A DNA stretch of 64,000 nucleotides from Candidatus Aldehydirespiratoraceae bacterium (lineage in GTDB: Bacteria; Actinomycetota; Acidimicrobiia; Acidimicrobiales; Aldehydirespiratoraceae), in contig OZ242337.1 of the NCBI GenBank assembly GCA_965208435.1, positions 960,998 through 1,024,997 on the forward strand, written 5' to 3'. Both the position numbers and the translations under genes were made by a program. Under the pieces are notes generated by a model. It saw only the letters and a program-made list of their open reading frames with translations. It searched no databases and was not told where the DNA came from. Positions 35,458 through 46,126 of the stretch are shown piece after piece (position 1 is the stretch's first letter; the number at the start of each line of letters is the position of its first letter).

Positions 35458-36693
35458 GAAACGCCGAAGGGCGTGACGGCGGCGCTCAGCCTGGAGTTCA
35501 CGGCGGGCTCGCGAATCCAGCCGTGGTGTGTCCGGGTGGAGATGTTGCTCGACTTGCGACATCGACATCAGGCGCAGTGTGGGAACCGGTACTGTTTCGG
35601 CGTTGTTCCAACGGTAGGTGATACCGCCCTGGGGACATCCGCCGAGAGCGATCCAGTTCTCGATTCCGGGATCGCGGTGCGAGACCACTGCCCGCAGCAC
35701 CCCGTCGGGGTCGATGTGCGCCTGCGAATCGTTGAGGGTCGTGGGCAGGTTCACGTAGTCGAGGCTCTGGAACCAGGTGTCGCCCACCTGGATGGCCCAG
35801 TACAGGCACTTCGGCGGGGTCACCTCGAAGAACAGCGCCTCATCTTCGCCCACCTCGAACCAGCACTGCCCGTAGGCCTGTTGGTCGCTGCCGCCGAGAC
35901 CTACCCCGCTGACCTTGCGTCCGGCCATGTGCTCGAAGGAGTTGACCTCTCCCCGTTCACGCTGGCTGACCACATAGTCGGTCCAGAACTTCGGGACGAT
36001 GCTCATCTCGGCGGCCAACTCCTCCAGGCCCGCAACCGCGTCCGTTGCGTTCAACCGCTGTGGCGGCTCAACCGAGTCGAGGCACTCGAGGTGCAGGTCT
36101 GCGAGGTCCTCTTCGGACCAGTCAGAGAAGAACTGGCGCACCAGCAGGCGGCACTGTTGAGGCTCGAGTTGGTACCAGTTGCCCCGATGGTCGCCCGGGT
36201 CGGGGTCCGGGCTGAACACCACGTCCATGCGTCCGCCACCGACGTCGACCAGTTCGAGCGTGCCGATGTTGAGGATCTGTGTGACTTTGCCCCGTCCGAA
36301 ACGGAAGTCCATCAGTGAGAACCCGAGATAGCGGGGCGTGTCGATGCGTCCAGTCAGCCGGTAGCTGCGGTGCAGGTCCATGGGTGCGGACATGTAGAAG
36401 GCGTCGGGGTTGTCCTGGCCCATCTTGGCCGGATACGTCCAGCCCAACTCTGGGTGGGCCGGGTCGCAGTTCTCCAACAGGCGGTCGGTCGCCCCGTGGA
36501 GCATCCGCAGATGATGGCGCAGCCCTTCAGCCTGTTCGGAAGCATCGACGCCGAGCGATGGATCGAAAACGTATTCGGCCGATTCCTTGAGGGTGTCGCA
36601 GAGCCGATCCCATGCGGCTTTCAGGTCGTTCTCCATCCCGTTTGTATAGCGCGCGGCCCACACCGGGATGTCATCCGTCGCAGCATTGTTCAT
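35449..36693 (-). CDS. Conserved hypothetical protein
   Basis: 414-aa ORF with coding-like composition that fits between its neighbours. No family is confidently recognised. Confidence 0.55.
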   Translation of the reverse strand: MNNAATDDIPVWAARYTNGMENDLKAAWDRLCDTLKESAEYVFDPSLGVDASEQAEGLRHHLRMLHGATDRLLENCDPAHPELGWTYPAKMGQDNPDAFYMSAPMDLHRSYRLTGRIDTPRYLGFSLMDFRFGRGKVTQILNIGTLELVDVGGGRMDVVFSPDPDPGDHRGNWYQLEPQQCRLLVRQFFSDWSEEDLADLHLECLDSVEPPQRLNATDAVAGLEELAAEMSIVPKFWTDYVVSQRERGEVNSFEHMAGRKVSGVGLGGSDQQAYGQCWFEVGEDEALFFEVTPPKCLYWAIQVGDTWFQSLDYVNLPTTLNDSQAHIDPDGVLRAVVSHRDPGIENWIALGGCPQGGITYRWNNAETVPVPTLRLMSMSQVEQHLHPDTPRLDSRARRELQAERRRHALRRFSR

Positions 36694-36722
36694 CGGCGCG
36701 CCGCATGCGCGACACTGGCGGG

Positions 36723-37811
36723 ATGCAGGGACTGATTCTTGAAGGAACGACCGAAGACTCCGTGCGTCTGTCGACCGATGTCGAGTTCGCGCAGCGCGAC
36801 CTGGCCCCCCGCCAGGTACGCGTCGAGATCAAGGCCGCCGGCGTGTGCGGATCCGATCTGAGTTGCGTGCACGGCAAGTACTACATGCCCACGCCGCTCG
36901 TGCCGGGCCATGAGGCCGCCGGCGTGGTTGTGGAGACGGGCTCCGCGGTCACCTACTGCCAAGTCGGCGACCATGTCATTCTGTCGACCTTCAGCAATTG
37001 CGGTCACTGCGCGGACTGCGAGGGAGGCGACCCCGGGAACTGCAGCGTGTCGATGGGCAACCTCACCCAGCCCTACTGTGAGGGCGACCAGCCGCTCTAC
37101 AACTTTGCGGGGATCGGCGCCTTCGTGCAGGAGACGATCGTGGGTGAGAACCAGTGCATCCCGATCCCCGCGGAGATGCCCCTCACCGCTGCGGCGCTGA
37201 TCGGCTGTGGTGTCATCACAGGCACCGGCGCGGTGTTCAACCGGGCACGGCTGCAGCTCGGCGACACCTGTGTGGTCATCGGTGCCGGCGGTGTAGGCCT
37301 CAATGTCATCCAGGCAGCCAAGCTCTGCGGGGCCAGCCAGATCATCGCTGTGGACCGGGTCCCCGAGAAGGAGGCGTTCGCCATCGACTTCGGAGCGACC
37401 GACTTCATTCTGGCCGACGAGGGCGTCGACGTGATAAGCGAGGTCAAGAAGATGACCGGTACCGGCGTCGATCACGCTTTCGAGGTGGTGGGTTCCACCA
37501 AGCTCCTCACCGACTGTCTGGCGATGACCCGGCCGGGCGGCAACATCTGCGCGGTGGGTGTGCCGGACCTCACCGCCGAGGTCACCTACCCGTTTCAGGC
37601 TCTGCACCAGAACAAGAACCTGTTGGGCATCCGTGCGGGTGGCGCCCGTCCCCGCAAGGACTTCCCGATGCTGGCCAACCTCTACCTGAAGGGCCAACTC
37701 AAACTCGATCAACTGATCAGCAACACCGCCGGCCTCGACGGGCTCCAGGGTGCCTTCGACGCCATCAAGACCGGCACCGAGGCCCGCACCGTCCTACTGC
37801 CCAACGGCTGA
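36723..37811 (+). CDS. Zinc-dependent alcohol dehydrogenase (MDR family)
   Basis: Has GVCGSDL, GHEAAGVV, a structural-zinc Cys cluster (CGHCADCEGGDPGNC) and GAGGVGLNVIQ. Confidence 0.9.
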   Translation: MQGLILEGTTEDSVRLSTDVEFAQRDLAPRQVRVEIKAAGVCGSDLSCVHGKYYMPTPLVPGHEAAGVVVETGSAVTYCQVGDHVILSTFSNCGHCADCEGGDPGNCSVSMGNLTQPYCEGDQPLYNFAGIGAFVQETIVGENQCIPIPAEMPLTAAALIGCGVITGTGAVFNRARLQLGDTCVVIGAGGVGLNVIQAAKLCGASQIIAVDRVPEKEAFAIDFGATDFILADEGVDVISEVKKMTGTGVDHAFEVVGSTKLLTDCLAMTRPGGNICAVGVPDLTAEVTYPFQALHQNKNLLGIRAGGARPRKDFPMLANLYLKGQLKLDQLISNTAGLDGLQGAFDAIKTGTEARTVLLPNG

Positions 37812-37858
37812 GGACCGCTGGTCGCTGACACCGCGGAGGATCCCGGTCCTCCCAGCGA

Positions 37859-38590
37859 TCACATGACTTGATCGGTGTCGAGCTCGGCGGGCAGTGAACT
37901 GGCCCGGATCCGCTGCGCGAACGAATAGTCGAGCGGTGTGATCGCGTCGTAGGGGGCGTCGAGCACTATCTCAGCATCTTCGCCATAGCCGGCCGCTTCG
38001 CGGCTTGCCAGAGTGGTTTCTGCAGTCGCCCCCGACAGCAGGTAGATGTCGGCTTCGAGCCCCGCGAAGAAACGGCTGGTGAACGACATCACGCCGTGCA
38101 CTCCATCAACGCCGACCGCCCGCTCGGCCACGGTGCGCGCCTCACCGCCACGCCGCAGGACGATCCTGATTCCGGTGTGACCGAGGTAGGGGACGTCGCG
38201 GTCGTCGAGGTTCAGAGTCGGGTCGCCGACAACCCAGGAAAGGTCCATGGCGTCACCGGTCCTGACCGTCCGGCGGCCTGCCCCCTCCATTCGACCCGCT
38301 GCTTCCAGAACCTCGCGGAAGACCGTCATCGCCGCTATCGCCTCGGCAGGATCTACCGCGGTCAGATAGATCGTGACGTTGACTCCCTTGCCGTTCTCGA
38401 AACCCCGATGAGGCTCGTCAGGCAGCCGGATGTCGTGAAGTTCCGGTGGTGCGACATAACGGCGGCCCGCGGCGATCTCGGGCATGGCGATGTTGGGCGG
38501 CAGATGCTCCAGGTCGTACCAGCGGTTCCAGCTCTCGATGTTGTCGTGGTCGGTGTCGAGCGCTGTGAAGATGATCCCTTTGGCTTCCAT
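37859..38590 (-). CDS. Hypothetical protein
   Basis: A start at MEAKGIIF (38590) leaves a 23-nt gap to the upstream gene. No family is recognised. Confidence 0.5.
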   Translation of the reverse strand: MEAKGIIFTALDTDHDNIESWNRWYDLEHLPPNIAMPEIAAGRRYVAPPELHDIRLPDEPHRGFENGKGVNVTIYLTAVDPAEAIAAMTVFREVLEAAGRMEGAGRRTVRTGDAMDLSWVVGDPTLNLDDRDVPYLGHTGIRIVLRRGGEARTVAERAVGVDGVHGVMSFTSRFFAGLEADIYLLSGATAETTLASREAAGYGEDAEIVLDAPYDAITPLDYSFAQRIRASSLPAELDTDQVM

Positions 38591-38613
38591 TGCGCAGTCC
38601 AGTCTGTGGCGCC

Positions 38614-39825
38614 TCAGCCGAGGGGCAGCACCGGGGTCGGGAGCGGGTGACGGTACAGGGCGGCGGCGTTCTGGCTGCACATCATGCGGAGTTCGGCCGC
38701 GGGCAGGTCACCCCACAGGTCTGCAACCACCTGCTGGGTGTCGGGCCAGGTCGAGTCGCCGTGGGGATAGTCGGTCTCGAGGCAGATGTTCTCGACCCCG
38801 ATCACATCACGGCAGCGGATCGTCGAGGGGTCGTCGATCGTGCAGAACCAGAAGTTGCGGCGCAGCACGTCTGCGGGACGCTCAGACCAGCCTTTGCCGT
38901 AGCCGGAACGGTCGACGAGGTTGTCGAGCCGGTCGATCAGCATCGGCACCCAGCCGATACCGCCTTCGCTCATCGCGATCTTCAATCGTGGTTGACGCAG
39001 CGGGTACTCCGACCAGAGCCATTCAGCACACGACCCGAGCGAGAGCTGACCGAACATGGTGGCGCCGAGTTGCAGCCCCGGGGACCCCTGCGGCATCGGG
39101 TACATGCCGGAGCTGCCGACATGCAGGGAAATCACGGTGTCGGTGTCGACGCAGGCCTGAATGACCGGATCCCAGAAGTCCCGATCCCAGAGACTGGGAA
39201 CGCCGATGGCATGGGGCCGCTCGGGCATGGTCACCGAGACGAACCCGCGGGCCGCGTTGCGGTGAATCTCCTCCACAGCACCCTCCGACGAGCCGAGGTA
39301 CGTGATCCCGCCCGGAATGACCCGCTCGGGATAGGGCTCATACCATTCGGTGAAGAGCCAGTCGTTCCAGGCCCTCACCGCATCAATGCCGACCTCCGGG
39401 TCGCTCGCCCCGGCGAAGACCGAGCCGCAGAAGCCGGTGATCTGGCTCGGGAAGTTGAGCATCGCCCAGACACCGCCGAGGTCCATGTCGCGCACCCGCG
39501 CCTCGATGTCGTAGCACCCCGGTCGCATCTGCTCGAAACGGAAGGGTTCGATCTTGACGGTCTCGGGGCGCCGGCCGGCAACGGCGTTCATGCCCATCTG
39601 CACGTACCGTGCACCGTCGAACTCCCAGACCTGATGCCCCTCGTCGGTCTCGATCAGTTGAGGCCCGAGATCACGCAGGTGCGGCTGCATATAGGTCGCG
39701 AAGAGGTGGGGAGGTTCGACGACATGGTCATCGACGGACACCACCGTGTAGCGCACCTCCGCCGCCGGGGGGTCCGGCAGGAAGAGGTCGTCGGACAGTT
39801 CGGAGATCTCGCCGTAGGAGTTCAC
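38614..39825 (-). CDS. Amidohydrolase-2 family protein
   Basis: Family-level resemblance. It has a 4-nt overlap with the upstream NTF2-like gene. Confidence 0.75.
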   Translation of the reverse strand: MNSYGEISELSDDLFLPDPPAAEVRYTVVSVDDHVVEPPHLFATYMQPHLRDLGPQLIETDEGHQVWEFDGARYVQMGMNAVAGRRPETVKIEPFRFEQMRPGCYDIEARVRDMDLGGVWAMLNFPSQITGFCGSVFAGASDPEVGIDAVRAWNDWLFTEWYEPYPERVIPGGITYLGSSEGAVEEIHRNAARGFVSVTMPERPHAIGVPSLWDRDFWDPVIQACVDTDTVISLHVGSSGMYPMPQGSPGLQLGATMFGQLSLGSCAEWLWSEYPLRQPRLKIAMSEGGIGWVPMLIDRLDNLVDRSGYGKGWSERPADVLRRNFWFCTIDDPSTIRCRDVIGVENICLETDYPHGDSTWPDTQQVVADLWGDLPAAELRMMCSQNAAALYRHPLPTPVLPLG

Positions 39826-40382
39826 AGGTCAGCCAGAGTAACGGGGCGAATCTGCGCGGGCTCCACCGGTCGGCTCGCAATGCCGGCCCAGCCGTCACCA
39901 GCGGTGTAGGAGTCCTCGCACTGCACCAGGCCGTCCTCGTCGAAGCCCCATACGATCATCATCCGTGTCTGGAACATGTACAGCCCGTCGAGATCAGACA
40001 CTTCGATACCGGCGTCGGCTAGGAACGCCCCCGGGTAAGCCATCCGCATCGGTCCCTCCGTGGTGACGGCATCCTGGTCCACCACCATGCGATCTACTGC
40101 GTGTTCGACGTTGTTGCGACCGCTCTCAACCAGGTCCGCGTAGAACGCTCCGACGCCGTCCTTGCCCACCACATCGGTGACCTCGTCTCCGAAGAAGCGA
40201 TAGTGGGCGTGCGGCGAAACCGTCGCCATCAGACGCTCATAATCGGGCAGGGCCTCGGCTTTGGCATGTTCAATGATCGTGCCGAGCAGTTGGCGACGCC
40301 GCGGGTCTGTCTCATCGGCTAGCCGTTGCTCGGCCATAGCCCAGTTCTTTCGCTGATCGATCAGGTATTCCACGTTGCACAT
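39822..40382 (-). CDS. NTF2/SnoaL-like fold protein
   Basis: Size and pattern are typical of the family. An alternative start exists at MAEQRL (40337). Confidence 0.55.
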   Translation of the reverse strand: MCNVEYLIDQRKNWAMAEQRLADETDPRRRQLLGTIIEHAKAEALPDYERLMATVSPHAHYRFFGDEVTDVVGKDGVGAFYADLVESGRNNVEHAVDRMVVDQDAVTTEGPMRMAYPGAFLADAGIEVSDLDGLYMFQTRMMIVWGFDEDGLVQCEDSYTAGDGWAGIASRPVEPAQIRPVTLADL

Positions 40383-40502
40383 CTCCTCGGCCAGCTTGCG
40401 TGATCCCTATTTACGCCCACGAAACAAGGCAGACCAAATTGTCGAGCATCAAACACTCCCGGATCCCCACGATCCAGCGCGGGCCCGAGGTGGAGTGCAT
40501 GC

Positions 40503-40628
40503 GTGTCTGAGAGCGGCACAGTGTCTGAGAGCGGCACAGTGTCTGAGAGCGGCACAGTGTCTGAGAGCGGCACAGTGTCTGAGAGCGGCACAGTGTCTGA
40601 GAGCGGCACAGTGTCTGAGAGCGGCGGA
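40503..40628. repeat. 18-bp perfect tandem repeat, 6 full units plus 1 degenerate
   Basis: The unit is gtgtctgagagcggcaca. It reads as hexapeptide VSESGT on the plus strand. Confidence 0.95.
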
Positions 40629-40889
40629 GTGTCCCGCGGTGCGCAACGGTTCCAGCTGGCGCAACTCGTGCAGCACCTTGCGCCCAACATTCATCACTGG
40701 AACTCCAGCACCGTGTTCTCGATCGACCGGCTCCGCAACGACATCGGCTGGGAGCCTCAACACACCTTCGAGTCGATGGTCGACCACACGTTCGGCTGGT
40801 ACAACGACGCTGGTCTGGCGCACGCGCAGACCGTCGACTGGGGTTTCGAGGATTCGATCCTCACGGTGCTCGACGCTCAAGGCGGATGA
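40629..40889 (+). pseudogene. C-terminal remnant of an NAD-dependent epimerase/dehydratase
   Basis: FSIDRLRNDIGWEPQHTFESMVDHTFGWY matches the conserved C-terminal end of that family. No Rossmann N-terminus lies upstream. Confidence 0.5.
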
Positions 40890-40957
40890 CCCCGAAGACA
40901 CGAATCGGCCCGACGAAAATATGCGGCCGGGGCAACGCCTGATCTATCGTCTCGGCC

Positions 40958-42196
40958 ATGGCCATAGACGGACTTGATCTCATCTCCCCGGTTCGTTACG
41001 GCGAGTCGGGCCAACCCCACGCGCAATGGGAGCAGCTTCGCAAAGAACCGCTGCAGTATTTCGAGACCGAGGATCGTGAGCCGTTCTGGGCCGTGACCAG
41101 GCATGCCGACATCATGGAGATCTCAAGTCGTCCCGAGGACTTCAGCAACAGCAACAGCATCGTCGTGTTGAGCAGCGAACAGGTGGAGCGACGCGCCAAG
41201 GGCTACCCGGTCCAGATGAAGACGATCATTGAGATGGACCCTCCTGACCATCGAGTGTTCCGCAAGGTGGCCAGCGGTTATTTCACGCCTCGGGGCATCG
41301 AACGGCTCGACGAGATCGTGGAGACCAGCGCCCGTACCGTCATGGACAGTCTCGGCACCCAGGGCGAAGCCGACTTCGTCGAGAACATCGCCCAGAAGCA
41401 CCCCCTGCGTGTCTTGGCGACGATACTGGGGATTGAACCGCATCAAGAGGAGCAACTGCTGGAGCTGACCAGCCAACTGCTCGCCAGCGAGGACCCCGAA
41501 CTGCGACGCCAGGGCGAGGACCGTCACGAAGCCAGCTTCGACCTGATGATGGACTTCTTCAACATGTTCAACAACATCATTCAAGACCGCCGGGCCAACC
41601 CCCGCGACGACCTCGCCAGCATGCTGGCCAACGCCACCTTCGAGAACGGCGAGGCTCTGGGAGACATCGAGACGCTCGGCTACTACCTGATCATCTTCAA
41701 CGCCGGACACGACACCACCCGCCATTCACTGACCGGAGCGTTCCAGGCGTTCCTCGACCATCCCGATGAGTTGAGACGCCTGCGCGAAGACCCGAGCCTG
41801 CTAAAGACCGCGGTCGAAGAGGTGGTCCGTTACACGGCACCCGTCAACTACATGAAACGAACTGCAACCCGCGATGTCGTCTACGACGGGCAGGACATCA
41901 AGGAGGGCCAGATCCTTGCGCTCTTCTACGCATCAGGCAGCCGTGACGAGACCGTCTTCGAAGACCCGCACCGCTTCGACATCGGTCGCAGCCCCAACCG
42001 GCATCTCGGATTCGGTTGGGCGGAGCACTATTGCCTGGGTGCCCATCTGGCCCGGGCCAGCATCAAGGCACTGCTCGCGCAGATGGCGTCGCGGATCGAA
42101 TCAATGGAGCATGCGGGTCCAGCGGAGTACGTGTCGTCGAGCTTCGTGGTCGGACCCAAGCATCTGCCTGTTCGCTACAAGATGTTCGACCGCTGA
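40958..42196 (+). CDS. Cytochrome P450
   Basis: Has AGHDTT, the EEVVR (ExxR) motif, and the heme loop FGWAEHYCLGAHLAR. Confidence 0.9.
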   Translation: MAIDGLDLISPVRYGESGQPHAQWEQLRKEPLQYFETEDREPFWAVTRHADIMEISSRPEDFSNSNSIVVLSSEQVERRAKGYPVQMKTIIEMDPPDHRVFRKVASGYFTPRGIERLDEIVETSARTVMDSLGTQGEADFVENIAQKHPLRVLATILGIEPHQEEQLLELTSQLLASEDPELRRQGEDRHEASFDLMMDFFNMFNNIIQDRRANPRDDLASMLANATFENGEALGDIETLGYYLIIFNAGHDTTRHSLTGAFQAFLDHPDELRRLREDPSLLKTAVEEVVRYTAPVNYMKRTATRDVVYDGQDIKEGQILALFYASGSRDETVFEDPHRFDIGRSPNRHLGFGWAEHYCLGAHLARASIKALLAQMASRIESMEHAGPAEYVSSSFVVGPKHLPVRYKMFDR

Positions 42197-42198
42197 AC

Positions 42199-43842
42199 GT
42201 GAGACTCGGCGAACACCGTTTCCAAGAACCCGGTTATCGCCTTACCGCAGGCGAGTTCATCAAACATGTCGCCGATGATTGGGGTGACCGCAACCTCTGC
42301 GTGATCGAGCAGGAGACGCTGACCTTCAACCAAGCCGAGGCACGGTCAGCGGAACTGGCCAAAGCCCTGTTGGCTTCGGAGGTGCGGTCCGGCACCCGCG
42401 TCGGGCTGCTGGCTCCCAACGGAGGCGACTGGATCGTTGCCTGGCTCGCCGCGACCCGAATCGGCGCACTCGTCGTGTTGCTCAACACCTATTACAAACC
42501 CCGCGAGCTCCGGTGGGTGCTTGAGCACAGCGACGTCGAGGTGCTGCTGACCGTTGACTCCCATCTCAACAACAACTACGTCGAACGGCTCGAATCGGTG
42601 GTGGAGGGTCTGGGCGAGGCGACCGCAGGCGACATCGCGGTCGGCTCGCACCCGGCGCTGCGCAGTGTCTGGATGTGGGGAGATCAGGTCCCGTCCTGGG
42701 CCGGGCACGTCAGCGACCTGCTCGCTGCAACAGCAGAGACCAGCGACGCTGAACTGGCCTCCGCCGAAGCAGCGGTGGCACCCGAAGACCCGATGATCGT
42801 GATGTACAGCTCCGGCAGCACAGGCGATCCGAAGGGTGTGGTCCATTCGCATGCGGGGGTGATCGGTCACCCCTACAACCTGCTGCAGTTCCTTGATCGC
42901 CAACCTGGTGAGGTTGTGTACACCCCGATGCCTCTGTTCTGGGTCGGCGGAATGACCTACGTGCTGATCGCGAGCATGCACGCGGGTACGACGATCATCT
43001 TCGAGCACCAGTTCGATCCCGCCGAGACGCTGAAGCTGATCGAGCGGCACCAGGTCGCCCATGTCGTCGGCTGGCCCCACATGGCCAAGGCGCTCGTGGA
43101 GCACCCCACCGCCACCCACAGGGACCTCTCCTCGGTGCGCTCGGGCAGCATCGAGGAGTTCCTGCCCAGCCACGTCCGCATCGATGATCCCGAGCTGCGG
43201 CCCAACGCTCTGGGGATGACCGAGTCGCTGGGTCCGCACTCCATCGAGATGATGGGCGGCGAGCTGCCTCCGGAGAAGCGGGGTTCGTTCGGTCGTTCGG
43301 TGCCCGGCGTTGCGCATCGCATCGTCGATCCGGCGTCCGGCGCCGAGCAGCCGCTGGGAGAGATGGGCGAGATTCATATCAAGGGTTACTCCCTGATGCT
43401 CGGCTTGTTGAAGACCGACCCAGAGGACGTGTTCACAGCCGACGGCTGGTTCCCGACCGGTGACGCCGGGTACCTCGATTCAGACGGCCACCTCTATTTC
43501 AAGGGTCGCATGGGCGACCAGATCAAGTCTTCGGGGATGAACATCACGCCGCGCGAGGTGGAGATCGTCCTCGAGGAGCAGGACGAGGTCATGGACGCCT
43601 ACGTGATGGGCGTGCCGAGCGCGCAACGCGGCCAGGACGTGGCCGCCGCCGTCGTGTTGCGACCCGGTGAGTCCTGTGAGCCGAGTGAGTTGCAGGCGCG
43701 CGTCAAGGCTGAGCTGTCGAGCTTCAAGGTTCCCCGTCACATCGCGGTGTTCGCTTCGCCGAGCGAACTCCCCTGGCTGGACAGCGGCAAAATCGACCTG
43801 ACCGCGCTGGGCCAGCTGCTCGCCGACCGTTTCGGCAGCTGA
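42199..43842 (+). CDS. AMP-dependent acyl-CoA synthetase/ligase
   Basis: Has MYSSGSTGDPKGVVHSH and TGDAGYLDSDGHLYFKGR. The in-frame GTG start lies just after the P450 stop. Confidence 0.85.
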   Translation: MRLGEHRFQEPGYRLTAGEFIKHVADDWGDRNLCVIEQETLTFNQAEARSAELAKALLASEVRSGTRVGLLAPNGGDWIVAWLAATRIGALVVLLNTYYKPRELRWVLEHSDVEVLLTVDSHLNNNYVERLESVVEGLGEATAGDIAVGSHPALRSVWMWGDQVPSWAGHVSDLLAATAETSDAELASAEAAVAPEDPMIVMYSSGSTGDPKGVVHSHAGVIGHPYNLLQFLDRQPGEVVYTPMPLFWVGGMTYVLIASMHAGTTIIFEHQFDPAETLKLIERHQVAHVVGWPHMAKALVEHPTATHRDLSSVRSGSIEEFLPSHVRIDDPELRPNALGMTESLGPHSIEMMGGELPPEKRGSFGRSVPGVAHRIVDPASGAEQPLGEMGEIHIKGYSLMLGLLKTDPEDVFTADGWFPTGDAGYLDSDGHLYFKGRMGDQIKSSGMNITPREVEIVLEEQDEVMDAYVMGVPSAQRGQDVAAAVVLRPGESCEPSELQARVKAELSSFKVPRHIAVFASPSELPWLDSGKIDLTALGQLLADRFGS

Positions 43843-43959
43843 ATCCGCCGAGAAACTCGCTGATCCGGAGTTCTCCGGGCGCTCTGTCTTGGCAATCTGG
43901 CTCGACAGGCCGTTACGATGCGCTCGACTCACTCGATCCTGCCCCGGGAGGCACCGAAG

Positions 43960-45942
43960 ATGGCCCGTATCCGACCCCGCAAACCGATCACGGTTCTAGC
44001 CGTGCTGGCCCTGGTCTCGGCGATGTTCGCATCGCTGACCCTTTCTGCGGGAGCACAGACCCCCGTGCCGATCAGCGCTGAGACCTTCACGCTCACGATC
44101 CTGCACAACAACGACGGTGAGTCGAAGCTCCTGCCCGACGAGGATGCCGGGTTTCCCGGCGTTGCCCGCTTCGCCGCCCAGATGAAGTTGATGCAGACTG
44201 CCGCGGGATCCGCCGGCAACGGCGTCATCACGCTGACTTCCGGCGACAACTTCCTGGCTTCCCAGGAACTCGGCGTCTCCCTGGCCAGAGAGGGTGCCCT
44301 CTACGATTCGATCGCCCTCAGCGGACTCTACGACGCCATGGCGCTGGGCAACCACGACTTCGACCTGGGCCCCGAGGTGACAGCCCGATTCATCGAAGGG
44401 TTCACACCGTCGATACCGTTCCTGTCCGCCAATGCCGACTTCTCGGGCGAGCCCGTGCTCCAGGCACTGGTCGACGACGGCAGGCTCGCAGCGAGCACGA
44501 TCATCGAGACCGGCGGCCAGAAGGTCGGAGTGATCGGGGCGGTAACGCCACAGCTCCCCAACATCTCCTCGCCCCGCAACGTGGTCATCTCCGATGTGCT
44601 GGCCGCAGTGTCAGCCGAGGCTGAGTCGCTCACCGAGCAGGGTGTCAACAAGATCATTCTGGTCAGCCACCTCCAGGATGTGGATGAAGAGATCGAGCTC
44701 ATCGCCTCGTTGACCGACGTGGACGTGGTCATCGCCGGCGGAGGCGACGACCTGCTGCGCAACGACGGCGACACCTGCATGCCAGATGACGAACCGGCTG
44801 GTCCGTACCCGACCCTGGTGACCGACGCTGACGATGTTGAGGTGCCGGTGATCACCGCGCCCGGGGGTTACCGCTGTATCGGCGCTCTCAGCGTGACCTT
44901 CGATGGTGACGGCAACATCGTCAACAGCAGCGGCCGCTCCGTCGGTGTCAGCTTCGACGTGACACCTGATCCGGACGTGCAGACCAACGTGATCGAACCG
45001 CTTGCAGAAGCGGTCGCCGAAGTCGATGCCGACGTCATCGGTGTCAGCGAGGTCGACCTCGACGGTCGCCGCGCGATGGTGCGCACCACGTCCACCAACC
45101 AGGGCAACCTCCACGCGGATGCTCTGCGGGCCACAGCCACCAACCTCGCTGCCTCCTTCGGGATCACAGCGCCGGACGTGGCCATCCAGAACGGCGGCGG
45201 GATCCGCAACGATGCGGTGATCCCAGCAGGTGACATCACCACCGGCGACACCTGGGACATCGCCCCGTTCCGAAACTTCGTGGTTGTGCTTGAAGTGCCG
45301 CGTGAGACGTTCCATGTGCTGCTTGAGCAGGCTGTCGACCGGATCCCGGGTGCTGGAGGCCAGTTCGCTCAGGTCTCAGGGTTCACCTTGTCCTACGACC
45401 CGACTGCTGCGGCCCGTGAGACCGACCGCGACGGCGACTGTTCGCTCATCGGCGATCCGGGATCAAGGGTGCGCGACGTGGTTCTCGATGACGGCACCGT
45501 CATCATCGAGGACGGCGCCGTCGTGCCGGGTGATCCGGTGGTGCTGGCCACCATCGACTTCCTGGCCGGCGGCGGAGACTGTTACCCGCTCGCCGACTTG
45601 GAGTTCACCAAGATGGGTGTCAGCTACCAGCAGGCGCTCGCGGACTACATCTCTGAGGACCTGGGCGGAGAGATCACCGCTGACGATTACCCCGTCGGCG
45701 GTGAAGACCGCATCACAACGGTGACTCCTGAGCCCGAGCCGATGCCCGAGCCTGAGCCGACGACGGTCACGGTTGCAAGCGGGGACACTCTGTGGGGACT
45801 CGCTAGGACCCATCTGGGCTCCGGCCACCGTTTCCAGGAGATCTTCGAGCTGAACATGGGCAGGGTCCAAGCCGACGGACAGAGTCTCGCCAACCCGAAT
45901 CTGATCCTGGTCGGCTGGGTGCTCGAACTCCCGTCGGGCTGA
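43960..45942 (+). CDS. Secreted 5'-nucleotidase/metallophosphoesterase (UshA-like) with a C-terminal LysM domain
   Basis: Has a signal peptide, ILHNNDGES, GNHDFD, and the LysM segment VASGDTLWGLA...NPNLILVGWVLELP. Confidence 0.85.
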   Translation: MARIRPRKPITVLAVLALVSAMFASLTLSAGAQTPVPISAETFTLTILHNNDGESKLLPDEDAGFPGVARFAAQMKLMQTAAGSAGNGVITLTSGDNFLASQELGVSLAREGALYDSIALSGLYDAMALGNHDFDLGPEVTARFIEGFTPSIPFLSANADFSGEPVLQALVDDGRLAASTIIETGGQKVGVIGAVTPQLPNISSPRNVVISDVLAAVSAEAESLTEQGVNKIILVSHLQDVDEEIELIASLTDVDVVIAGGGDDLLRNDGDTCMPDDEPAGPYPTLVTDADDVEVPVITAPGGYRCIGALSVTFDGDGNIVNSSGRSVGVSFDVTPDPDVQTNVIEPLAEAVAEVDADVIGVSEVDLDGRRAMVRTTSTNQGNLHADALRATATNLAASFGITAPDVAIQNGGGIRNDAVIPAGDITTGDTWDIAPFRNFVVVLEVPRETFHVLLEQAVDRIPGAGGQFAQVSGFTLSYDPTAAARETDRDGDCSLIGDPGSRVRDVVLDDGTVIIEDGAVVPGDPVVLATIDFLAGGGDCYPLADLEFTKMGVSYQQALADYISEDLGGEITADDYPVGGEDRITTVTPEPEPMPEPEPTTVTVASGDTLWGLARTHLGSGHRFQEIFELNMGRVQADGQSLANPNLILVGWVLELPSG

Positions 45943-46024
45943 GGAGGTTCGCCGATCTCCTGCGGAGGGCCTGACTCGATCAAGTCCTCCCAAGGGGCGC
46001 TCGTACACTGCGAACTGTTCTAGT

Positions 46025-46122
46025 TTGGTGATGTGCAGATTCCGCTAGGAGGCAACCGTCGATGTGTGCGATGGCGAGAACATCAGAAGTTGGTGATGTG
46101 CAGATTCCGCTAGGAGGCAACC
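46025..46122 (+). repeat. Duplicated 33-bp leader containing a Shine-Dalgarno sequence (two copies, 65-bp period)
   Basis: ttggtgatgtgcagattccgctaggaggcaacc occurs at 46025-46057 and 46090-46122. Confidence 0.9.
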
Positions 46123-46126
46123 CCGT

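Noticed and set aside
40503-40628. 18-bp tandem repeat as a CRISPR array
   Set aside because: The units are directly adjacent with no spacers, the unit is too short, and there are no cas genes.
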